A DNA stretch of 64,000 nucleotides from Nitrospira sp. CR1.2 (lineage in GTDB: Bacteria > Nitrospirota > Nitrospiria > Nitrospirales > Nitrospiraceae): contig WIAG01000012.1 in the NCBI GenBank assembly GCA_014055495.1, positions 706-64,705 of the forward strand. The letters are read 5' to 3'. Below the pieces are notes generated by a model. It was given only the letters and a program-made list of their open reading frames with translations, was not told the origin of the DNA and searched no databases. Positions 9,701-19,495 of the stretch are shown piece by piece (positions within the stretch are counted from its first letter, which is position 1; each line of letters starts with the position of its first letter). Position numbers and translations under genes: made by a program.

Positions 9701-10006
9701 TCAGACCAAGAAGGGTGGTGCGCGAGACTCACTCAGGGAGTGAGACTGGGGGGAAAACAAACGATCGGAGTCACATCCGACCTCACCGGACAAGGAAAAC
9801 AGATGAGTCGCGTGCAGGGGGGTCACAACATGAACCCCGGCGGTCGCACACATCCAGGCGCAGATCCCTGATCCATGCATGGCGGCATCGTGGTGAGCCG
9901 CATGCTGGAGTTCATGTGCGACGGCGCTGCCGGTGGTCACCGCCAATAAGGCGATCACGGCGAGGGCGACAATCCAGACAATACCTTTGAAGTGGGAACT
10001 TCGCAT
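9701..10006 (-). CDS. small exported/membrane-anchored His-rich CxWxC protein, paralog 3 of 3
   Basis: 102 aa from ATG 10006. MRSSHFKGIVWIVALAVIALLAV, then QHAAHHDAAMHGSGICAWMCA and C-terminal SRAPP. The track start 10153 would overlap the TPR gene. Confidence 0.6.
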   Translation of the reverse strand: MRSSHFKGIVWIVALAVIALLAVTTGSAVAHELQHAAHHDAAMHGSGICAWMCATAGVHVVTPLHATHLFSLSGEVGCDSDRLFSPQSHSLSESRAPPFLV

Positions 10007-10032
10007 ATAACAAAGACCGTAATCTGGCGGGC

Positions 10033-10062
10033 ATGCTAACAAACTCGCCGCGGGAGCGTCAA
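10033..10062 (-). promoter_or_regulatory. candidate sigma70-type promoter for the uptake operon
   Basis: Minus strand reads TTGACG (10062..10057), an 18-nt spacer, then TAGCAT (10038..10033). It sits ~27 nt upstream of ATG 10006. Confidence 0.3.
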
Positions 10063-10103
10063 CGCCACTTTTTCCCTCCGAAGGGCCATTCGGCCGGGGC
10101 CAA

Positions 10104-11198
10104 CTATGGTCCCCCCACACCGATGATGCGTTCCACCCGCTCATCGCGCCCACCGAGATCTCGATAGCGCCGGTACTGGGCCAACGCGCGCCCCATGTCC
10201 TTGCGGTGGAGTTCGTAAAACACCCCCAGACTATAATGGGCCTCGGCGGAATTCGGCTTCAGCGCCACGGCCCGTTCATATTCCCGCTCGGCTTCTTCCA
10301 CACGATTGAGGCTGGTGTAGACCATTCCGAGGTTCAGGTGGGCTTCGGCATATTCGGGACGATACCGGATGACCTCCAGCAACTCCCGCTCGGCCTCCGC
10401 GAGCAGCCCTTGGCTTTTATAGACGAAGGCCAGGTTGTAATGGGCGTCGACCAAATCGGCCTTGACCGCGATCGCTTCCCTCAGCGCGGCTGCCGCGGCA
10501 TTCAAATCGTTTCCCCGCTCCGCCAGGCGCCCGAGCAGATACCAGGCGTCGGCATGCCTGGGATTCGCCTGCGTCAGACGGGCCAATTGCTCGCGAGCCA
10601 GAGTGAGATCGCCTTGGCTCTCGTACAGGCTTGCCAAATGGTACAAGGCCTCGGCGTGGTCCGGCCGCACGCGGAGGAGCGCCTGGTACATCTTTACGGC
10701 GTTGGGGCGATCGCGGCGTTCCTCATAGAGTCGCGCCAGGTCCAGGTGGGCTTCTTCGTTCCCCGGTGCAATATCCAACACTTGGCGCAACACCTGTTCT
10801 GCCTCGTCGCCTCGCCCTTGCGCGAGATACACGTCTGCCAGATCGTTCAAAATCTCGGCGTAAGGAGAGACATATTTCAACGCCTGTTTGTAGGCCTGAA
10901 TGGCTTCGTCGGGGCTCCGTTTGCTCTGAAAATAGACCAGCCCCAGGACATGGTGGGCCTCAGCCAGTCGGGGGTTCTGCGCCAGGGCTTTTTTCAGCGC
11001 CTCGATGGCGCCGTCCGCATTGCCCTCGCGAAACAGGGCCACGCCCCGCTCGTAACTGCGGCGGGCTGCGTCCGGCGAGGGAGAGGATGCCGACCATGCC
11101 TCAGGGAAGTCGGGCACAAGCGCAAGCAGGCAACCGAGCAAGAGGCTCGAGAGGAAATGACGCGAACAGTTGAGCCCTTGCCGCATCACGATCCGCAA
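10104..11198 (-). CDS. secreted tetratricopeptide (TPR) repeat protein
   Basis: Signal peptide, then about 8 consecutive 34-aa TPR-like units (e.g. AEAHHVLGLVYFQSKRSPDEAIQAYKQALKYVSP, AEALYHLASLYESQGDLTLAREQLARLTQANP). Confidence 0.8.
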   Translation of the reverse strand: MRIVMRQGLNCSRHFLSSLLLGCLLALVPDFPEAWSASSPSPDAARRSYERGVALFREGNADGAIEALKKALAQNPRLAEAHHVLGLVYFQSKRSPDEAIQAYKQALKYVSPYAEILNDLADVYLAQGRGDEAEQVLRQVLDIAPGNEEAHLDLARLYEERRDRPNAVKMYQALLRVRPDHAEALYHLASLYESQGDLTLAREQLARLTQANPRHADAWYLLGRLAERGNDLNAAAAALREAIAVKADLVDAHYNLAFVYKSQGLLAEAERELLEVIRYRPEYAEAHLNLGMVYTSLNRVEEAEREYERAVALKPNSAEAHYSLGVFYELHRKDMGRALAQYRRYRDLGGRDERVERIIGVGGP

Positions 11199-11448
11199 TG
11201 GAATCCGTGGGTGACTTCGGCGAGAGAGTCGACGAAGTGATGCGCCTCACTATAGAGAGCAGCGCAGGCGAAAGCAACGACGACACGGCGCGGCATGTCT
11301 CCATGGTGTGTGAGGATAAGGGTTGAGACCCTGGGCGCTGTTTCGGTAGGATTCCCTGTTCGATTCCTGTATACTCCGCCGCCGAGCCCATGCGGCAAGA
11401 GGAGAGCTTCGTCCGTAAGCCGGCTCGCGAGAACAAAGGTACGCCTGC

Positions 11449-14154
<2,706 letters not shown>

Positions 14155-14570
14155 CGACAGGCTGAACAGGCCTGCATCGCTTCGGACGGACGTTCGACCG
14201 GCCGGCGCTTCGCGTGCCTCAGCTGCGCAACTCGGTCCACTGTGCGCATAGTCCACAGTGAAACCTCGAACAGTGCTTGCTGTCTGCCAAGCAGAACGTC
14301 GCGCTTTCGCTCCACCGGTTCCCGAACTCCCGCCACTCGCACCGCAAGGCCAGCTCGACCAATGTCCTGTCAGAATCTTTTGCGGCAACTTGGTCGGGAT
14401 GGTTTGCACTGCGCTCATCGACCGAACACATCCCGATCGTGCGCGGCCTGCGAGCACAGAGACCATCGTGACTAGGTTGCTGGTTCCGCCTTCTGAGAGC
14501 GCGCGTTCCGCGAGCAACGGAGGTCCCCTTGTTCGCCCGCTTCAGCATGCCTAAACCAGGTCTTTTCGCC

Positions 14571-14600
14571 TTGACTTGCCGCAGAGCCAGCGGCTAATCT
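14571..14600 (+). promoter_or_regulatory. candidate sigma70-type promoter upstream of methyltransferase-nuo operon
   Basis: TTGACT (14571-14576), an 18-nt spacer, then TAATCT (14595-14600), ~55 nt upstream of the CDS start. Confidence 0.3.
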
Positions 14601-14655
14601 AACCCACTCTTTTCCCTAGAGAATCCGGCAGAAGACCCGTTTCCTGCGATGGCGC

Positions 14656-15918
14656 GTGAAACAGGCGTCTACTACCGACAAGGGTGGTGTCACTTTGAGC
14701 ACTGGGCATCCTCAACTCCTGGCGACGATCAAAGCGGAAATCGCGGCACACGGTCCGATTCCGTTCGCTCGTTTCATGGAGTTAGCCCTCTATCATCCGC
14801 AATACGGTTACTACGTCCGACCCGTCGATGATCCAACTCAGGAACGCATCGGTTGGTCGGGTGATTTTTATACGAGTTCCGATGTGCATCCGATTCTGGG
14901 GCAGGCCCTGGCCAAACAGGCCCAGCAACTCGATGCCTGCCTGGGCCATCCGGCTCCATTTACCGTGGTGGAGATGGGTGCGGGCAAGGGACTGCTCGCG
15001 CGCGACTTTCTCGCCGCCTGCAAGAACGCTCCCGCCCATTTCGGTGAACGCCTTCGGTACATCCTCATCGAGCGCAGCGCCTCAATGCGGGCACTCCAGC
15101 AGCAGGCCTTAACGCCGTGGGTCGACCAGACAGGTCGCGTCACGTGGCTGGATCGGCTGGAAGATCTTCCGCCGGAGAGTGTCACCGGCCTCTTCTTCTC
15201 CAACGAACTGGTCGACGCGTTTCCGGTGCATCGCCTCACGGTGGTCGACGGGCGACCGCACGAACTGTACGTGGATCTGTGCGACGATCGCTTCACGGAA
15301 GTCTGCCGCCCACCCTCGGACGACCTCGCGGCCTATTTGCGGGAAGGCGCCATCAGCCTGCCTGACGGCTATCGAACAGAGATTAATCTCGACGCAATCC
15401 GGTGGATGACACAGGTCGCGCAGGTCATGGACCGCGGGGCGGTTCTGACGATCGACTATGGCCACACCGCCGAAGACCTCTATGGACCAGACCGCAAAAA
15501 CGGCACGTTCCTGTGCTATTACAGCCAGATGACCTCGGAAGACGCCTACGACCGGGTCGGCGAGCAGGACATGACGGCGCATGTGGACTTCACCGCCCTT
15601 GCGCGGGCAGGACAGCAGGCCGGGCTGGACGTGACCGGATTCACGAATCAAATGAGTTTCCTGATCGGCCTGGGCGCCGAGCAGCTCCTGGAATCGCTCG
15701 AGCCGGAGTCGCCGGAGTTTTACGCGGCCATTCACCTGCTGCGGCCGGACGGGATGGGCCGAACTTTCAAGGTTTTGGTGCAACACAAGGGGATGGCCAA
15801 ACCGGAGTTCGATGGGCTGAAATTCAAACCCTTCTTCGGATCGATTTTGCAAACGGACACGCGGTCACACGACGTTTCACGAACGACGCTTCACGATTCA
15901 CAGGTCTGTCATGGGTAG
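14656..15918 (+). CDS. class I SAM-dependent methyltransferase, MidA/NDUFAF7 (DUF185) family
   Basis: IAAHGPIPFARFMELALYHPQYGYY...DFYTSSDVHPILGQALA...VVEMGAGKGLLA is the family signature as I know it. GTG start. The 3' end overlaps nuoA by 8 nt and runs through a repeat element. Confidence 0.8.
   Translation: MKQASTTDKGGVTLSTGHPQLLATIKAEIAAHGPIPFARFMELALYHPQYGYYVRPVDDPTQERIGWSGDFYTSSDVHPILGQALAKQAQQLDACLGHPAPFTVVEMGAGKGLLARDFLAACKNAPAHFGERLRYILIERSASMRALQQQALTPWVDQTGRVTWLDRLEDLPPESVTGLFFSNELVDAFPVHRLTVVDGRPHELYVDLCDDRFTEVCRPPSDDLAAYLREGAISLPDGYRTEINLDAIRWMTQVAQVMDRGAVLTIDYGHTAEDLYGPDRKNGTFLCYYSQMTSEDAYDRVGEQDMTAHVDFTALARAGQQAGLDVTGFTNQMSFLIGLGAEQLLESLEPESPEFYAAIHLLRPDGMGRTFKVLVQHKGMAKPEFDGLKFKPFFGSILQTDTRSHDVSRTTLHDSQVCHG
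15868..15905. repeat. intergenic repeat family 1 (CTTCACG / AACGACG modules), half copy abutting nuoA start
   Basis: CACGACGTTTCACGAACGACGCTTCACGATTCACAGG. The 17-mer ACGCTTCACGATTCACA recurs exactly at 32617-32633. Confidence 0.6.
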
Positions 15919-16282
15919 CGAAGCGGCGCCGCTGAATTACATCCCGATCCTGATTTTTATCGTGATCGCGTTTGCCTTCGGCGCGGTACAGATTCTGCTG
16001 GGACGAATCGTCAGGCCCAGCCGCCCCTATCGCGCCAAACTGGCGCCGTATGAAAGCGGCAGCCCCCTGTTTTCGGACGCCAAGGTGCAGTTCCCGATCC
16101 GGTACTACATCATCGCGATGTTGTTCGTGATCTTCGATATCGAAATCGTCTTCATGTTCCCCTGGGCGGTCGCCTTCAAAAAGCTGGGCCTGGTGGGATT
16201 GGCGGAGATGGTGCTGTTCATCGCCATCTTGGTGGTCGGATTCTGGTACGCGTGGAAAAAGGGGGCGCTCGAATGGGACTGA
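15911..16282 (+). CDS. nuoA: NADH-quinone oxidoreductase subunit A
   Basis: 123 aa, 3 TM. YESGSPLF...RYYIIAMLFVIFDIEIVFMFPWA is typical NuoA/ND3. Confidence 0.95.
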   Translation: MGSEAAPLNYIPILIFIVIAFAFGAVQILLGRIVRPSRPYRAKLAPYESGSPLFSDAKVQFPIRYYIIAMLFVIFDIEIVFMFPWAVAFKKLGLVGLAEMVLFIAILVVGFWYAWKKGALEWD

Positions 16283-16320
16283 GTTTGGGAGCTAGGGTGA
16301 GCAGCCTGGTCACCTCTGTC

Positions 16321-16377
16321 GCTCGCGGAATGCGCGGTCTCAGAAGGCCCTCGTTCGACACGCGCAATCAGAGGCGG
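16321..16377. repeat. intercistronic hairpin repeat family 2, copy A (nuoA-nuoB gap)
   Basis: GCTCGCGGAATGCGCGGTCTCAGAAGGCCCTCGTTCGACACGCGCAATCAGAGGCGG. Near-identical core to 18774-18824, closed by GCGCG...CGCGC arms. Confidence 0.6.
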
Positions 16378-16429
16378 CCAGACCACTCGTTCTCCTTCTC
16401 GCAAGAGAACAAGGGAAAGTGAGAGGACT

Positions 16430-16909
16430 ATGAGTTTTCTGGAAAGACAACTCGATGCCAATGTGTTGACGACGAATCTCGATGCCTTCGTCGGCTGGGC
16501 GCGCAAATCGTCCCTCTGGCCGATGACCTTCGGACTGGCCTGTTGCGCCATCGAAATGATCGCCAGCGTTTCGTCGCGGTATGACATCGATCGTTTCGGC
16601 GCCGGTGTGTTCCGCGCCTCGCCCCGCCAGTCCGATTTGATGATCGTGGCCGGCACCGTCTCGCGCAAAATGGCACCCGTCATCCGCCGCATTTACGACC
16701 AGATGGCCGAGCCGCGCTACGTCATCTCAATGGGCTCCTGCGCCACGTCCGGCAATCACTACAACAGTTACGCCGTCGTGCAGGGAGTCGATCAGATCGT
16801 CCCGGTAGACGTCTATATCGCCGGCTGCCCGCCCCGTCCTGAAGCGCTGTTGGACGGGCTGTTGAAACTGCAGGAAAAGATTCAGCGCGAAAAGATTTTT
16901 GTACGGTAA
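16430..16909 (+). CDS. nuoB: NADH-quinone oxidoreductase subunit B
   Basis: [23 protein letters not shown] and IAGCPPRPE (N2 cluster ligands). Confidence 0.97.
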   Translation: MSFLERQLDANVLTTNLDAFVGWARKSSLWPMTFGLACCAIEMIASVSSRYDIDRFGAGVFRASPRQSDLMIVAGTVSRKMAPVIRRIYDQMAEPRYVISMGSCATSGNHYNSYAVVQGVDQIVPVDVYIAGCPPRPEALLDGLLKLQEKIQREKIFVR

Positions 16910-16997
16910 CCCGGACGTGAATTGGTGACCTCGCGGCGTTGAAGATTCCCGTCTTCCACCTGCCTCACCGGATCACACCTATCGGTATTTCGGCACG

Positions 16998-18749
16998 ATG
17001 CAACCACTGCTTGAACGACTCATGACCGCCTTTCCCGACGCCATCCGCGGCGTGGAGGTGGACGCCGCGCGCAACGAAGTGACGGCCCGTGTGGCAGCCG
17101 CCCGGATTGTCGACGTGGCGCGCTGGCTGCACGACACGCCTGAGGCGGCCTTCGACCACATCACCGACATTTGCTCCGTCGACTACCCCAACGACGCGGA
17201 ACGATTCGAAGTGATCTATCAGCTGCTCTCGATCCCGCACCGGCGACGGATCAGACTGACAGCGCGCATCACTGAGGAGACACCGGAGATCGCGTCCGTC
17301 ACCGGTATCTGGAAGGGCGCCGAATTCATGGAGCGCGAAGTGTACGACCTGATGGGCATTACCTTCGTCGGACATCCGGACCTTCGTCGCATCCTGCTGC
17401 CGGAAGACTATGAAGAAGGCCATCCTCTGCGAAAAGACTTTCCGGCCGAAGGGCGAGGATGGCGTAGCTCGTTTCCATTCATTCCCCGCTTGGACGAAGC
17501 CCCTGAGGAGCAAACGGAAGGTGAAATTCCCGAAGAGGAAAAGCAGGTCTACCGGGCAGCCGAACAGCCGAGCAGCACACGGCGCCGAGAAGAACTCCTC
17601 CTGAACATGGGCCCGCAACATCCCAGCACCCATGGTGTGCTCCGGGTGGTGTTGGAATTGGACGGCGAGCGGATCGTCAAAGCCACCCCCGATCTCGGCT
17701 ATCTCCATCGCGGCGTCGAAAAGTTGGCGGAAGGCCTCCACTACATGCAGGTCATCCCCCATACCGATCGGCTCGACTATGTCTGCGCAATGACCAATAA
17801 CTATGCCTACGTGCGCGCGGTGGAAAAACTGCTCGACATTACGGTGCCGGAACGGGCGGAGTATGTCCGCACCGTCGTCGCCGAAATGCAGCGCATCATC
17901 GGCCACCTCTTCTGGTTAGGCACCCAGGCCCTCGACATCGGAGCCATGACGGTCTTCTTTTGGACGTTCCGGGAGCGCGAAATTCTCCTGGACATGTTCG
18001 AAAAGTTATGCGGCGCGCGCCTGACGCTGAACTACTATCGCATCGGCGGCGTCGACAGCGATTTCACACCCGATCTCGTGGCCCGCCTGAAGGCCTTTCT
18101 GCAGACCTTCCCGGAGAAGGTGAATGAGTACAACCAACTCCTCATGTCCAACCGGATCTGGGTGGGGCGAACCAAAGACATCGCGGTGATTTCGGCCGAA
18201 GACGCCATCAACTTCGGCCTGACCGGCCCGACGCTTCGCGGGTCGGGCGTCGACTACGACATCCGCAAATACGAGCCCTATGGCGTCTACGACAAGGTGG
18301 AATGGGAAGTCCCGGTCGGCAAACGGGGGGATACCTACGATCGCTATTGGGTGCGCATGGAGGAAATGCGGCAGAGCGCGCGCATCATCGCGCAATGCCT
18401 CGACCAGATGCCGGAAGGGCCGATCATGGCAGATGTCCCGCACGTGATCCCACCGCCGAAAGCCAAGGTCATGCGCGACATGGAAAGCCTGATTCACCAC
18501 TTTATTATCTTTACGCAAGGGTTCAAGCCGCCCAAGGGTGAAACCTATTGCGGAACTGAAGCCCCCAAGGGCGAACTCGGGTTTTTCCTCGTCAGCGACG
18601 GCAGCCCTCGCCCCTACCGGCTCAAGATTCGCGCCCCGTCCTTCATTCATATGGGCGCATTCGACCATATGGCGCGCGGGTACCTGATTTCAGACATCAT
18701 CACGATCTTCGGCACCTACGACATCGTGATGGGAGAATGTGATAGATGA
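16998..18749 (+). CDS. nuoCD: NADH-quinone oxidoreductase fused subunit C/D
   Basis: The N-terminal 30-kDa (NuoC) domain (WKGAEFMEREVYDLMGITFVGHPDLRRILLPEDY) is joined by an acidic linker to NuoD (LLLNMGPQHPSTHGVLRVVLELDGE ... DIVMGECDR). Confidence 0.95.
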   Translation: MQPLLERLMTAFPDAIRGVEVDAARNEVTARVAAARIVDVARWLHDTPEAAFDHITDICSVDYPNDAERFEVIYQLLSIPHRRRIRLTARITEETPEIASVTGIWKGAEFMEREVYDLMGITFVGHPDLRRILLPEDYEEGHPLRKDFPAEGRGWRSSFPFIPRLDEAPEEQTEGEIPEEEKQVYRAAEQPSSTRRREELLLNMGPQHPSTHGVLRVVLELDGERIVKATPDLGYLHRGVEKLAEGLHYMQVIPHTDRLDYVCAMTNNYAYVRAVEKLLDITVPERAEYVRTVVAEMQRIIGHLFWLGTQALDIGAMTVFFWTFREREILLDMFEKLCGARLTLNYYRIGGVDSDFTPDLVARLKAFLQTFPEKVNEYNQLLMSNRIWVGRTKDIAVISAEDAINFGLTGPTLRGSGVDYDIRKYEPYGVYDKVEWEVPVGKRGDTYDRYWVRMEEMRQSARIIAQCLDQMPEGPIMADVPHVIPPPKAKVMRDMESLIHHFIIFTQGFKPPKGETYCGTEAPKGELGFFLVSDGSPRPYRLKIRAPSFIHMGAFDHMARGYLISDIITIFGTYDIVMGECDR

Positions 18750-18773
18750 GTCGATGAGCCGTGTACGTCCTAT

Positions 18774-18824
18774 GCTCGCGCAACGCGCGGTCTCAGAAGA
18801 CCCTCGTTGGACGCGCGCAGGCGG
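18774..18824. repeat. intercistronic hairpin repeat family 2, copy B (nuoCD-nuoE gap)
   Basis: GCTCGCGCAACGCGCGGTCTCAGAAGACCCTCGTTGGACGCGCGCAGGCGG. Aligns with copy A over ~45 nt with few mismatches. Confidence 0.6.
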
Positions 18825-18872
18825 AAGCGCCCGGCTCACACCTCACCGGAGGTGAAACGTGGAGTGCGAGAG

Positions 18873-19403
18873 ATGCTGAAGGAAAAATATCAGGCGGAAA
18901 TCGACGAGATCCTCTCCCGGTATCCGGTGAAACGGTCGGCACTGCTGCCTCTGCTGTACATGGCGCAGCGCGAAGAGGGGTATGTCACGGAAGCCGCCAT
19001 GCAGGAGATCGCCGGCATCTTGAAGCTGACCCCACCGCAGGTGTATGAGACGGCCACGTTTTATACGATGCTGAACCTGAAGCCGGTGGGAAAGTTCCAC
19101 CTGCAGGTCTGCAAATCGTTGATGTGCGCCCTCGTGGGGTCGGACACCGTCATCGGCTGGATCGGCGCGAAGCTCGGGATCAAGCCAGGCGAAACGACGA
19201 CGGACAAGCTCTTCACACTCAGCATCGTGGAATGTCTGGCCGCGTGCGGAACCGGTCCCATGATGCAGGTCAATGACGACTACTATGAGCGCCTGACGGA
19301 AGAGAAACTGGATCGCATTCTGGCGGACCTTCGACAGACCGGCACATCGTCGCTGAAGACCGGTCCGTTCATGTGGCCGGAGCCGGCAAAACCTGGAGCG
19401 TGA
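18873..19403 (+). CDS. nuoE: NADH-quinone oxidoreductase subunit E
   Basis: MLKEKYQAEIDEILSRYPVKRSALLPLLYMAQ..., and 2Fe-2S ligands CKSLMC...CLAACGTGP. GGAG lies upstream of ATG 18873; the track start 18807 reads through the repeat. Confidence 0.93.
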   Translation: MLKEKYQAEIDEILSRYPVKRSALLPLLYMAQREEGYVTEAAMQEIAGILKLTPPQVYETATFYTMLNLKPVGKFHLQVCKSLMCALVGSDTVIGWIGAKLGIKPGETTTDKLFTLSIVECLAACGTGPMMQVNDDYYERLTEEKLDRILADLRQTGTSSLKTGPFMWPEPAKPGA

Positions 19404-19487
19404 AACGTGAAACGTGTCTCGTCGTTCGCAAACAAGAGCTCCGAGGAATCTCACGCCTCACGCTTCACGGACGACGCTTCACGAGAC
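19399..19487. repeat. intergenic repeat family 1, inverted-pair copy (nuoE-nuoF gap)
   Basis: Left arm CGTGAAACGTGAAACGTGTCTCGTCGTTCG. Right arm CACGCTTCACGGACGACGCTTCACGAGAC, ending 9 nt before the nuoF ATG. Confidence 0.6.
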
Positions 19488-19495
19488 TAAAGACT

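Noticed and set aside
14155-14185. Possible terminator hairpin right after secA (CAGGC...GCCTG).
   Set aside because: It has only a ~5-bp stem and no U-tract, which is too weak to call.
14219-14548. 109-aa minus-strand ORF with Cys/His-rich C-terminus in the secA-nuo gap.
   Set aside because: It has no RBS and an Arg-rich implausible N-terminus. The Cys spacing does not match a zinc-finger family I can name. I kept it only as a possibility under the non-coding-gap finding.
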